A stretch of DNA of 64,000 bases from positions 1 to 64,000 of the IMG/VR virus record IMGVR_UViG_3300010399_000031; one strand, 5' to 3'. Below are positions 20,101-29,354 of this stretch, piece after piece. Within the stretch, counting starts at the first letter, position 1; every line of letters starts with the position of its first letter. Both the position numbers and the translations under genes were made by a program. The notes under the pieces were generated by a model. The model did no database searches. It saw nothing but the letters and a program-made list of their open reading frames with translations, and was not told the origin of the DNA.

Positions 20101-21492
20101 CTTGGCCACTTGTCGACTAAAGATTGCCGGACCTTGCATGTCTTTGAGTCGATCTTTCTGAATGGTGCGGTCAAGTCCGCCATTCATCATGATCGCATCG
20201 CGCAACATATCCTGGATGGGGCCGGGGACATAGCGTAACCAACCGGGCAGGTTGTCAAAGCCTTGTGCCCAATCTTTCGCTTTACCAGGCAAGTTCGTTG
20301 CGTGATATTGCACCATGTTACCGATGCGTCCGCCCCGGCGCAAAAACTCCGCGATTTTTCCATCTTTCGGAAGTCGCTTTTTGATCCACTTGATCGCATG
20401 CGTACCGGCAGCTTGAGCGGCCATCCCCGATGCACCTTGCATCAAGATTTCTTCCGGCCGCATCCCCGTCATCTCAGCTAAGCTGACGATGTCCGCTGTA
20501 CTCTCCAGCCCTTGCAACCCCTGGGAGGCGCCCCATGCAAAGTCTTTAACGCGCTGACCCATCACCTTACGCAGATTTTCACCCGTCTTACGAATGAAAT
20601 CTGCCCGCGCACCGAGTAGGCCACTGCCGAACGAATCGACTGCGCCCATGAACTTATTGCGCGCCATCTGCTTAAGCCGTTCCGATTCGGTAATCTTCAC
20701 GTACTCAGGCAGTGCTGTGTTCTTGATGATCTTCTGGTAAGCCTCGGTGGCTACCTCGTTCATACGGCGTTGCTCAACAACGATGTCACGCAGCGCGTAG
20801 AACGAACGGAATTGCAACTCCAAAGACTTACGATGATAAGCCGAGGTGACGTTATTTTGATACGCCGCCAATTGCGCTACCGACAACCGGATCTGGTTAA
20901 GCTGACCCATGCTGTCTTTGTGACGGATCTGATCGATCCCTTCGCGAATTTTACTGCGCGAGTCTTCCGATTGCTGACGCTTCGCTTCGCTAATGACCTG
21001 GTGCTTAAGTACCTCTGCCACTTGCGCTTGCAGCATCGATTCACGCTGCGCTTCGGCATCAACGTAAGATGCGCCCGGTTCAATCGAGCGGCCAAACTTC
21101 TTCAGTTTTTCTGCCAGTCCTTTGGGCAGATATTTATCAATCGGTTCTTCCATTCGCTGAACAACGCGCTTCATGTCGTTCAGCAAAGGCTTCATTTCCC
21201 GTGAGGTCTCATCGTATAGACTCTTCAGGGTGCTCGACGCTTCATCAGCAATGTCGAGTGCCGTGCCGTAACCTTTGGGTAAATCACTACGAATGGTGCG
21301 GCGCCAGTAATTGTTATCCAAGAGACCTTGACTACCAACTGCACCTTTGAGCGCCGTCTTTGAAAGACTTAATGCCGCTTGACGAGCGCTGCGCTTATCG
21401 TCACGTTCTCCGAATGCTTTAAACTCGGGAATGTCCAGCGAATCATCGAAGCTGAAATCATTTCCGGTTTCAAACTTAATTTTCCCAGCCAT
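14200..21492 (-). CDS. giant tail protein with lytic transglycosylase domain (phiKZ gp181-like, tape-measure/cell-puncturing)
   Basis: 2430 aa; SLT motifs AAIESGF, GLYQFITSTW, VYAAHFFG near the C-terminus; Gly/Ala-rich hydrophobic middle region. Confidence 0.92.
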   Translation of the reverse strand: MAGKIKFETGNDFSFDDSLDIPEFKAFGERDDKRSARQAALSLSKTALKGAVGSQGLLDNNYWRRTIRSDLPKGYGTALDIADEASSTLKSLYDETSREMKPLLNDMKRVVQRMEEPIDKYLPKGLAEKLKKFGRSIEPGASYVDAEAQRESMLQAQVAEVLKHQVISEAKRQQSEDSRSKIREGIDQIRHKDSMGQLNQIRLSVAQLAAYQNNVTSAYHRKSLELQFRSFYALRDIVVEQRRMNEVATEAYQKIIKNTALPEYVKITESERLKQMARNKFMGAVDSFGSGLLGARADFIRKTGENLRKVMGQRVKDFAWGASQGLQGLESTADIVSLAEMTGMRPEEILMQGASGMAAQAAGTHAIKWIKKRLPKDGKIAEFLRRGGRIGNMVQYHATNLPGKAKDWAQGFDNLPGWLRYVPGPIQDMLRDAIMMNGGLDRTIQKDRLKDMQGPAIFSRQVAKSITEVIPGYLARIFRELQVMRTGNEGIELTHYDFMSNKFSAKSAVRKKLFETVIDKSSSQMLNSDMEGLLNEIDPDKKLSVGARAALRKQLLRDNLYNRSGSTEQYTDAFNHHFGHSTELANHFAGRYGKDSDRDYSKRVQFATKHTAIGQGIKLAREDIQDLVNAGLLDEVKSLGLVDKFGNIDIDRIANYHLDNQYSPEQGMRSALRRASRKRGGAAQAGMRGAGTRHATTNVFNAAPSYEASYDRSTAGGQNFTEVIDAIKANNSLSMLEKVNQTLLRIEEEIQRGVLVYNGGDVGGMGMMGEPRPGGPGGPGVLDRSLRQNWRMGQEHLKGLGQRAWQWWKQPGWGTAQWGKRHEHWDNITNKVGSWWQSAKDKWEDMKEVYIDGELKPRLTAWGFKAGLYYDGPITDAKRKVIHSWKEIKGAVYDELGNIILDPQQAAKAFIRTTAGKKLLAAKNWLLDKGKELFTQARSGTLSAYGAVRTGLHKAQEYLDAQDVFTLDDLKNPKLQAIVMRAKGYRSVHRPDKYVMTPADIDGPVMDLKGEQVLTDNHLRVGLCDRFGRPLLTGKLRLMQFGKDTMQMAFQKVQNGWNMAKEFLSGKWAGFKNWFKVDGIAFSGGKTIIERLTEIRDLLKERLPRRRRTLGDVNGDGIREGSYEDEVKHGVAGTVAHGESAADAERAAEQKLGASGFSIFGAGAAGLKALRDAWRQRKAGATAEEKAGGLGSTLANYGGYALDALTLIPGGKLLRGAGRGIWGALRGGGRLAGKGLEASGDLLKAANAARMAGQGGLVGTMEAMRAAKGIKAAHEAEEILQAARAAGLSAEEAEALAADALHGGKAAEAVGLGKQVRGRILSLLKRGGSAAWKGAGSLYELNRAGNVSTARLAGRGFGMLGRGLGAGLRLGARGLWGATKLGVTKGVPWLARDLTKNGLRFGSMLGRGALGLAKAGGGLGLGLGVDLAAHYANTHGHHGIGSALNTAGTAITGYGLASTAAGLMGIEGGALGLGGAILGAVGAPVLIGAGLLAAGAYGAYKLYKYAKRKKLTELSNLRYIQYGFSPKDEAHADAIFKLEDMLEPNVQFHVSGVPTLTNKGLKEEDLLSPFGVDIGDKEQKTKWLQWFSLRFKPVFLVHMQAMRRVSEQAKSLRDVESFKPAQKKMYVQVASYPGGPYKYMTAPFPHMDGLETSDADVAQYAKTLMASIESKVKSDPDAAKEPASMPKVKTVAEVQAEATTAQGLGLKGKSTNWQPLKDLAGTAAGAQAGASAAGSLITMKGNFDAAHLTTGATLDGLSTIRFKTYGLKDMNIEKVKTLLVLENAVMKDIDIGSNFHATYKGDIKRTFAEQAPAFGVNGPSSTDAYSWIAWFNLRFLPTFLNYLSAVCSTAKKTDPRAAVLALKADQMLDVAAAIRTSSGKSGSVWSVAQMPWPKYEANVDVSSTDENYAGLQDRATRTKLDEIKGTPGAGESDSSKGSAAGSAQQSWLSKKWSELTTGADGKKNWLGRAADAVGNAFGGVGKSYSDAAGAGAFGASQGIAIQASSSGTGGSVNSLPDPKGDGSWAALKDLILAAAKMVGVDPKLMATMAAIESGFKATVKAGTSTATGLYQFITSTWNEVIKKYGSKYGILPGTPRTNPKANALMGAEFTKDNINILSRGLGRQPTAGEVYAAHFFGAGTALKLLKGNPNQVAAQLLPEQAAKNRNIFYEGQRERTVGEVVQYLNALVANKGRQFGIGTAGGEQLTASDAGSTTGKPPSGVGAAPVGAVSTKDNNGADRFNAPGSRPVGSSVGTGSPMGFGGSSGPPVAAAAALGAGNTVFDAMGGNGKPLSSSSTGTTGAGAKDPFAIPEMGPGAAMGTGFSPDAARSATDLLATRRAQQASSQATLPDGGLAAQQLSVSKEMLAQLQLLVKYAAQSVNQDQKTGASQVSTGNDSDSMQNTIASRKAASSQPQPMKRSPVSMAKPNFNA

Positions 21493-21562
21493 AACTGTGG
21501 CTCCGTATATTGCTGAGGGAAACGTCCCTCACTCATAAGTTTTCGATTCAAAAAGGATAGCG

Positions 21563-23194
21563 ATGAGCGCGAAACTCGATATCCCGTTCAATTTGACACT
21601 CTTGCAACTGACTCCGGCTAAGCTGCACCTGATGCGGCCGGTGAAAGTGCTTGACAGTTTCGATGGTACGGGCAGCAATTTTCATCCCGATGGGTTGTTC
21701 AGTACCGAGATTTTTGGCCGGGTCGGAGACGAGCTGCGTTCGCGCCGCTTTTCCTACATCGACATCAAGATCTCGATTTTCCACCCGATCATTTATCGCG
21801 CACTGGCGGATTTGAAACAGCTGTACATGGGCATTATCGCTGGCACTGAATATGCCGTGTTCGATGATGAGGAAAAGGACTTCGCTCGGTCGGACTCAGT
21901 GCATGGGAAAACGGGGTTTCAGTTCTTTGTCTCCAACTGGAAACGTATCGAGTGGAAGGACACCAAATCGGTATCACGTGAACACAACATCAAGCTTATT
22001 CAGATGTATCAGGATAAGTGCATGATTGACCATGTGGTGGTCTTGCCCGCTGGTTTGCGCGATATGGAGATTTTGGCAGACGGTCGCCCGCAGGAAGACG
22101 AAGTCAATTCGCTCTATCGGCGACTACTGATGGTGGCCAATACGATCAGCGACGCTTCGATTGCGCATAACCCTGAGGTGATCAACAATACGCGCTTCAC
22201 ACTTCAAAAGAGCTTCAATCAGATTTACTCGACCTACGAGGAGATGATTGCGGGTCGCCGTAAGTTGATTCAAAACCGTTGGGTCTCGCGCCGTATCTTT
22301 AACGGCACGCGAAATGTGATTACCGCAGCGGACACGGCAGTTGCGTACCTAGGTGCACCAGGTGGTATGAGTATCAACGATACGGGTGTTGGCTTGTATC
22401 AGACACTTAAGATGCTGCTACCGGTATCGAAGTATTTGCTGCGCACAAGCTTTCTATCCACGGTTTTTGTAGCAGCCGATCAACCGGCGCAATTGGTGAA
22501 CAAAAAGACTCTCAAAGCTGAACCGGTAACCCTCAAACCGACAATGTACGATCGCTGGATGACCGATGAAGGGCTTGAAAAAGTCATCGCAGCTTTTGCC
22601 CATGAGGACAATCGCCACAAACACTTGGAGTTAGAGAACCACTATCTGGGTCTGATTTACAAGGGACCCGATGGCACATTTCGTTTGATGCACGATATCG
22701 ATGAAGTGCCGCAAGGGCGCGAGAAGAAAGACGTTCACCCCCTCACCTTTTGTGAGTTGCTGTACTGCTCAACGTATTTTGCGCTCAATAAATATCCAGT
22801 CTTTGTGACGCGTTACCCGGTCACAGGAATTGGCTCGATCTATCCGTCGATGGTTTTCTGTCAGACGACGATCAAATACGAAAAGCGCCACGAGTTATCC
22901 CTCAACTGGGATCCGATGGGTGAGGAGCGTACCGCTTATCAATTTCCCATCACAGGAAGCGCATTTGTCAACACATTGATTCCTCATCCAGCTAAACTCG
23001 TGGGTCTGGGTGCTGACTTTGATGGAGATACGTGTTCAGGTAACTCGATCTACACGAAAGAAGCGGTCGATGAAGTACATCGCTTTTTACAGACCGTGCG
23101 CGCTTATGTCAACACCAATGGCGAGTTTATGGCCTCCACCTCTACCGATACGGTAGAACTCGTCTTGCACAATTTCACTGGGGTTAAAGAATGA
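21563..23194 (+). CDS. virion RNA polymerase beta' subunit (phiKZ gp180-like)
   Basis: GLFSTEIFG, RYP and the catalytic GADFDGD motif. Confidence 0.95.
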   Translation: MSAKLDIPFNLTLLQLTPAKLHLMRPVKVLDSFDGTGSNFHPDGLFSTEIFGRVGDELRSRRFSYIDIKISIFHPIIYRALADLKQLYMGIIAGTEYAVFDDEEKDFARSDSVHGKTGFQFFVSNWKRIEWKDTKSVSREHNIKLIQMYQDKCMIDHVVVLPAGLRDMEILADGRPQEDEVNSLYRRLLMVANTISDASIAHNPEVINNTRFTLQKSFNQIYSTYEEMIAGRRKLIQNRWVSRRIFNGTRNVITAADTAVAYLGAPGGMSINDTGVGLYQTLKMLLPVSKYLLRTSFLSTVFVAADQPAQLVNKKTLKAEPVTLKPTMYDRWMTDEGLEKVIAAFAHEDNRHKHLELENHYLGLIYKGPDGTFRLMHDIDEVPQGREKKDVHPLTFCELLYCSTYFALNKYPVFVTRYPVTGIGSIYPSMVFCQTTIKYEKRHELSLNWDPMGEERTAYQFPITGSAFVNTLIPHPAKLVGLGADFDGDTCSGNSIYTKEAVDEVHRFLQTVRAYVNTNGEFMASTSTDTVELVLHNFTGVKE

Positions 23195-26100
23195 TTTATT
23201 ACGACCTCTTTTTCCGTAAGTTCGGCATTCGACGTGTCGATAAGTTGCTCTCTCCGCCGCTGGCCGCGACGCGTCTGATGGAGTTACCGCTGCTTTCGAT
23301 CTACCACTATCTGGGATCGAACACCGGGGTCGATGTGGCGCCTTCCTCGAACGAATACCTCTTTCGCAACATCACGCGCTCGATCGCCATTCAACACATC
23401 ACGGAGCCAGGGGCCCGTCTTGGCTTGCCGCAAAAGCACGTGGTGAGTTGGCCCCAGGTCATTCGTCACTACCAGTCGCGCAATCGTCGTTTTCAACAAA
23501 TCAGTAAGCTCGCGCAGTATGAAAACACACCGATGACATTGGTGGTGCAAAACTACGGATTTATTCCGTTGGGGTTAAAGTACCAGCGTAACGTGCTCAG
23601 TGCGTATTACCAATGGCATAATCAGCAAGCGGCATTGTGGGATCGAGTAGCAATGTTAGCTGGTGAGAGTGTGCGTAATCAGTTTGTTAAGTTTAACTTA
23701 CCGACAACATTGCCGTCGGTGGGCGACTTGCAACAAGCACAAGCGAAGATGAATGCCACCACCATTCATCATGTCTACGAACCCGATGCTTTTGTGATCT
23801 TGGAGCTGTGGAAGTGGTTGGGCGATTACCGCTCTGAGTCGCTGCTTGCACGAGTGCCGGAAGACAAACTCTCGAAAGTGAACATCATCTTCGAGGAGTC
23901 AGGCCGCTGGTTGATGCTTAACCTGGGTTTGCTCAATAGCTGGCGCAACACCCCGAAGGTGGAGTTGACCAAACTGGCTGAAGGACAAAACCCGAACCAC
24001 TCGGGTATCGATTCGCACCAGTTGCAACGTCGTTTTCTTGGGATGCTGATGCGGCTTTTCCAAGCGCGTTCGGTTTCGAATAAGGATCTCGGAGAAGACG
24101 TCGTCAATGAGGATAGCGACGGAAAAAAATCCGACGGTAGTGAAGAAGCTACACTGACCGCTCCGGTGTCTTCGCTACCAAAGGTCAACCCGGTAACCGG
24201 CAGCACAAGCACGGCGTTGGTCGACACGCAAGTGCGCACCAACCCGCTCGACATTCTCAACCCGAATCGGGATGAGCAGCAAACGCAGACACAGCTGCAT
24301 TTGAGCGTTGAGCAAGAGCGTCAACTCGAAGCGGATCTGTTGGAGCTGGATCGTATCAGTAAGGCGGTGATTCAGCGGCGCAAAGAGATGATGGAGTTCA
24401 TGGTCGAAAACGACGAAGAACCCCTATCTGCCACGCAAGGGATGCGTTTGGGTCAGACGCAAGTATCAAACCCGATACAAGCGCCGCGTAAGCTACCCGA
24501 GCTTAAACCAATCGATCCGAAACCAGAGGTAAGTGCAACCACCCATGATTACACCTCAGGGGTGCAAAAGCTTATCGATCGGCACGCTGAGCAAGGTATG
24601 CTCTCGGCTGCTGAAGTGCGGCGTTATCAGGAATTGGCACGCAAGCATGAATCGATCACGGCGCCCGATGGTAAGGGTAGCATGAAAGATTTCGTGGTGG
24701 TGCACCCGGAGGCGGTGAAGGTAGAGGCGAAAACCATCCCGGATAAGCCGTCGATTTTCGACAAGAGCATGCTTGCCTCGACGCTACACGAGTTCACCCC
24801 GAAGTATGTGGAAAACGTGTTGCAAAAAGACGTCGCGGCGATGGTGCTGAAGATTCAAGATGCTGGCTACTGCGTGACCGATTACGAAGTCGAACATGTG
24901 GAACAGATCACGGGTGATTACGACATGTACACCTGTCGCGTGACGCCGGTGGAGGGTTCCGCATCCACACTGCGCTGGAAACTGCCGTCGGTGCGAGCCG
25001 ATGGTGTGTTTGTTGCCAATAACGTACCTTACCGGATGCGCACGCAACGCGGGGACTTGCCGATTCGAAAGATCGAAACTTCCCGCGTGGGTCTGACCTC
25101 TTACTACGGGAAAGTGTTTGTCACCCGTAGTGAAAAGAAGGTGAACGACTACGGTGACTGGCTAAGGCGTAACATCATGGCGGCTGGCTTGGACCTGGAT
25201 AACCCGCACGTCAGTGCACTTCACCCAGCTAACGTGTTTGATCATCTCTTTCAAGCACCGCGCCTTTACAGCATCTGTGCCATGGGTTTTCGCGGCTTTA
25301 CGGTGAAACCTGGTGCTTGGCCTGAGAAGGTGAAGTTCAGTAGCCTGGAGTTTAACTTTGACCACACCAAGCGTGAGCAGCTTTACGGTAAAGACGTATT
25401 AGCGCGGGTGGAAAAAGAAGGGGCGTTGATGGTGGGAACCACCGATAAGCGCGATCCGATGATCATGACCGCCGATGGTGGGATCTCGGTGATCGCCGAT
25501 GGTAAGATGATCAATCTCGCCTCGTTCGATGAGTTGTGCGGTTTTGATCCGATGAAAGCGCCGGTCGATTTTGCGGTGGTCTCGGTCTTCGGTCAGAACA
25601 TCCCGCTGGGTGTGGTGCTTGCCTACGAGATGGGACTCTCGTCTTTGCTCAAACACCTTGGGGTAGAACCCAGACGTGTTCCGGCAGGTAAGCGGGTAGG
25701 ATTAACCGGTGAAGAGTACTCGATCGCGTTTGCCGATGAGACGCTTGTGTTTCGCAAGAAAGACAAGTTGCCTGCGATTATCTTGGCAGGCTTTAACGAG
25801 TACTGGAAAGCGGTCAAGCAGTATAGCGTCTACGAGTTCGATAAGCGTGGCGTGTACCTGAATGTGTTGGAAGCATCAGGCGTTGGTTCGCGTTACCTGC
25901 GAGAAATCGATTTACTCTATCAACTCTGGGTAGATCCGATTACCCGTGAGCTGTTGGTGGAGCTGCACGAACCCACTCAGTTCCAGGACATCTTGCTGCG
26001 TGCGGCGGAGTTACTCCTTACCGATACGCACCCGCGCACGCTTGACACCTCTTACCAACGTTTTAAGGGCTATGAGCGTTTTGCAGGGGCCGTTTATACG

Positions 26101-26520
26101 GAACTTGTCAACGCGATTCGTACGCACAATGGGCGTCCGGGTAAGAGCAAGCAGCCGCTCGATTTGAACCCGTTCGAAGTCTGGAAAGCGATCTCTGAAG
26201 ACCCATCGAAGTTGACGGTCAAGGATATCAACCCGATTGAGAACTTGAAACAACAGGAGTCTGTTACCTACTCAGGAACCGGTGGACGCAATTCACGGTC
26301 GATGACGAAAAACACCCGCGCGTACGATGAGAACGACATGGGGGTAATTTCTGAATCCACGGTGGACTCGTCCGATGTGGCGGTGAACACTTACATGAGT
26401 GCGAACCCGCAGTTTGTCTCTTTGCGTGGCTTGACCAAACGCTATGATCTGCACAAAACTGGCGCTACGTCTTTGCTCTCCACCTCGGCCTTGCTCTCCG
26501 TCGCCGCTGACAAAGATGAT
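23191..26520 (+). CDS. virion RNA polymerase beta subunit (gp178-like), exon 1
   Basis: 1110 codons ending ..AADKDD; joined to exon 2 it restores DDPKRVNF (RpoB HDDANRAL equivalent). Predicted spliced product 1494 aa. Confidence 0.9.
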
Positions 26521-27913
26521 TAAAGGAATGTTGTGAATAGCAATGAAATCTACTCTTCATCCTATGTTAATCGCTTTTGGGGTGAAGACGTATGGAAAAG
26601 ATCGAACCGGTTGAATCAATTGGTTTTCCAGGTTATTACGAAATTCCGGGGTTTAGTTTTCGATACGCAATTGATCGAGAAGGACGTGTAATTAACAAAT
26701 TGACTCGGAAAGTTCTTTCTGGAAGTGTCAATTCAAAAGGTTACTGCCATTATCGATTAATTGCTAACGATCTTCTGGTCTTAACGATCGGGAGACATAG
26801 GCTCCTGGCTTTCGTATTCAAACACCCTGGTGTTTCGTTAAAAGGTCTTGTGGTTAATCACCTGAACGGGATTCCAGGAGATGATCGTTTGAATAACTTG
26901 GAATGGACAACGCACAAAGGGAACATTGAACACGCAGGTATGTTGGGTCTTACGACCAAATGCATACCGGTATCTGTTCGAGACATCGATACGGGTGTCG
27001 TTATAAAGTTTCCGAGTATCGTTGAGTGTGCTCGTCATTTTGGGGTTACCAAAGATACGATCAATTGGCGTGTAAAAGTAGGTGAGGCGAAACTGTTTCC
27101 AGATCGGAAACAATATCGAACCACACGCGCTGATGATCCGTGGATTTCCCCCGGTAATATGGTGGATGAGAAAGTTGAGTTTGGAAGATCGAGATGCATC
27201 CTACTTCGGTACTTGGATAGCGAAACGGTTGTGGTGTTTCCTCAACTCCAACAATTGGCATCGCATCTCGGTGTCTCACCCGCAACCATCACACTCTGGC
27301 TTAACCAGCCCAATCAACCAGTACTCCCTGGTTGCATCCAGATAAAATTGGCAAGTGATCAGACTCCATGGAGAACGATTGCTGATCCTCGTCTGGAACT
27401 TGAAAACTATACGGGTAAAAAATCCGTCGTGGTGACCAAGACAGCAACCGGAGAATCTAAGATCTTTGATTCAGCTGTGGAATGTGCAAGAAGCATGGGA
27501 ATATTGCCAACCACCCTGAATCTCCGACTGAAATCGAAGGGAACAAAAACTTTCTCTGATGGTTTTAGTTATTGCTACTATTCAGATATTCCAAGGTCCT
27601 ACTCGACGGTAACGTTGAGATAGAATGCTCTCTAATTGCTGGAACCCCCTTAGAGCTGATTCACCAAAGCGAAGTGCGAAAGCACAGACGTTACGGTTGG
27701 AAAACGAATCAGATTGGGCAATCAGCAGCCAAGCCTCCCTGCGCAAGCGAGAGGAAGGTTCAACGACTAACCGCTTATCACGGTGTACCTGACCAAGTGG
27801 CAGGGAAATGGGAGCCGTCCTAAATGGACGAAGATATAGTCTGGACATTCAGGGAAATCCTGAAGCAGCACGTAATGGTGCGGCCTAGAATAACGACCTA
27901 GGTGAACATCTCG
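26521..27913 (+). mobile_element. group I intron (1393 nt) with homing endonuclease ORF
   Basis: P AATTGCTGGAA 27634-44, Q AATCAGCAGCC 27720-30, R GTTCAACGACTAA 27758-70, S AAGATATAGTCT 27831-42. P3 GCTCTC/GGGAGC, P7 GACTA/TAGTC. Exon 1 ends in T, intron ends in G. Confidence 0.92.
26592..27623 (+). CDS. intron-encoded HNH homing endonuclease (NUMOD4-HNH-NUMOD1 repeats, I-HmuI-like)
   Basis: HRLLAFVF..VVNHLNGIPGDDRLNNLEWTTHKGNIEHA; three repeats FPSIVECARHFGV, FPQLQQLASHLGV, FDSAVECARSMGI. Confidence 0.9.
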   Translation: MEKIEPVESIGFPGYYEIPGFSFRYAIDREGRVINKLTRKVLSGSVNSKGYCHYRLIANDLLVLTIGRHRLLAFVFKHPGVSLKGLVVNHLNGIPGDDRLNNLEWTTHKGNIEHAGMLGLTTKCIPVSVRDIDTGVVIKFPSIVECARHFGVTKDTINWRVKVGEAKLFPDRKQYRTTRADDPWISPGNMVDEKVEFGRSRCILLRYLDSETVVVFPQLQQLASHLGVSPATITLWLNQPNQPVLPGCIQIKLASDQTPWRTIADPRLELENYTGKKSVVVTKTATGESKIFDSAVECARSMGILPTTLNLRLKSKGTKTFSDGFSYCYYSDIPRSYSTVTLR

Positions 27914-29068
27914 CCCAAGCGTGTCAACTTCATCGCCATCCAGCACGGACACGGCGTTGCCTGTGCCGGCTACCACGCCAGCGCCGTTCGCACAGGCTAT
28001 GAGCAAGTCATTGCGCATCGCACAAGCGACCTCTATGCAACGACGGCGAAAAAACCTGGTAAGGTGATTTCACTCGATGAGCGGGGGATGATTGTCGAGT
28101 ACGATGACGGCAGCAAACAAGGCATTGAGTTGGGGCGACGCTTTGGTACGGCAGAAGGCTCAACCATCCCGCACGATGTGCGCGCTGCGGTTAAACCTGG
28201 GGCGAAGTTTAAAGTCGGGGATGTACTCGCTTACAACGAGGGGTTCTTTGAACCTGACTTTATCGACCCTTCTCAGGTGGTATGGAAGCCCGGTGTCACG
28301 GTCAAAGTGGCGCTCATGGAGAGCCCTCTGACGCTGGAGGACTCTTCCGCCATTAGTGCTCCGACAGCTAACCTTTTACGCACCAAAACGACTAAAGAAC
28401 GCGAGATTATCGTGAACTTTAAGCAGACGGTGCGGGAGATGGTGAAGGTCGGTCAAGCGGTCTCGTCCGAGGATATTTTATGCGTGATCGAAGACGAAAC
28501 CACGGCACGCAACGAACTCTTTGACAAAGAGTCGCTGGACACGCTACGCGTGCTTTCAGCGCAAACGCCTCAAGCCAAAGTCAATGGCATCGTGGAGCGC
28601 ATCGAGGTGTACTATCACGGTGAAAAAGAGGATATGTCGGATTCGTTGCGGCTACTGGCCAATGCATCAGATCGGGAGTTTGCAGCGCGTCACCGCTCAG
28701 TAGGACGCACGGTGATGACAGGTCAGGCGGGCGACAGCTACCGCAGCGATGGCGATCCGCTGCTACTGGACACTCTTGCAATCAAGATTTACATCACTGC
28801 CGAGGTCCCGGCCGGGGTGGGTGATAAGGGGGTGTTTGGTAACCAGATGAAGACGGTGTTCGGAACAGTGTTGGAGCACGAGGTGACGACCGAGTCGGGT
28901 GAGAAAATCGGTGCGATCTTTGGCGCGAAGAGTATTCAAGCGCGGATCGTACACTCTCCTGATCAGATCGGAACTACGACGACCAATCTGAACCTATTGG
29001 CCGCGCGCGTGGTGCGAACCTATCACCGACAGCCGCAACCTGCGCCGCTTAAGTCGCATAAAGACTGA
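27914..29068 (+). CDS. virion RNA polymerase beta subunit (gp178-like), exon 2
   Basis: Starts PKRVNFIAIQH; contains LEDSSAIS and GVGDKGVFGNQMKTV (RpoB GDKMAGRHGNKGV equivalent). Confidence 0.9.
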   Translation, partial: PKRVNFIAIQHGHGVACAGYHASAVRTGYEQVIAHRTSDLYATTAKKPGKVISLDERGMIVEYDDGSKQGIELGRRFGTAEGSTIPHDVRAAVKPGAKFKVGDVLAYNEGFFEPDFIDPSQVVWKPGVTVKVALMESPLTLEDSSAISAPTANLLRTKTTKEREIIVNFKQTVREMVKVGQAVSSEDILCVIEDETTARNELFDKESLDTLRVLSAQTPQAKVNGIVERIEVYYHGEKEDMSDSLRLLANASDREFAARHRSVGRTVMTGQAGDSYRSDGDPLLLDTLAIKIYITAEVPAGVGDKGVFGNQMKTVFGTVLEHEVTTESGEKIGAIFGAKSIQARIVHSPDQIGTTTTNLNLLAARVVRTYHRQPQPAPLKSHKD

Positions 29069-29151
29069 CCGCATCGCTCGGGTGACGGGCAATCCTGTAA
29101 GGGGGTTGCCCGTACTCCTTATTTTTTACCAATCCTGCAATAGGACTTTCC

Positions 29152-29352
29152 ATGAAAAACCGTGAATCCGAACGGACACTGGTGACGCTGGCGAACGCGG
29201 AAGAACTCGTGGCGCTCGTGACCAAGAATGTCGTGGGTGAAGAGGTGGCTGACATGTACGACGGCACTCCGCTCACGCTCGATGTGGTGCGTCGTCTGGC
29301 TTTGGTGAAATTCCAAGGTCAACTCTCGAACTTCATCCCTGTGGGGAACTGA
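29152..29352 (+). CDS. small hypothetical protein
   Basis: AGGA RBS, 66 aa, ends 2 nt before the next gene. Confidence 0.7.
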   Translation: MKNRESERTLVTLANAEELVALVTKNVVGEEVADMYDGTPLTLDVVRRLALVKFQGQLSNFIPVGN

Positions 29353-29354
29353 AC

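Noticed and set aside
26511-26582. Pairing of the exon-1 end with TTAATCGCTTTTGG as the intron P1/IGS
   Set aside because: It puts the U-G wobble at 26517, which gives no in-frame junction ending in G; it may instead regulate endonuclease translation.
27902-29068. Track ORF as an independent 388-aa gene with GTG start
   Set aside because: Its first four codons lie in the intron 3' end; it is exon 2 of the RNAP beta gene.
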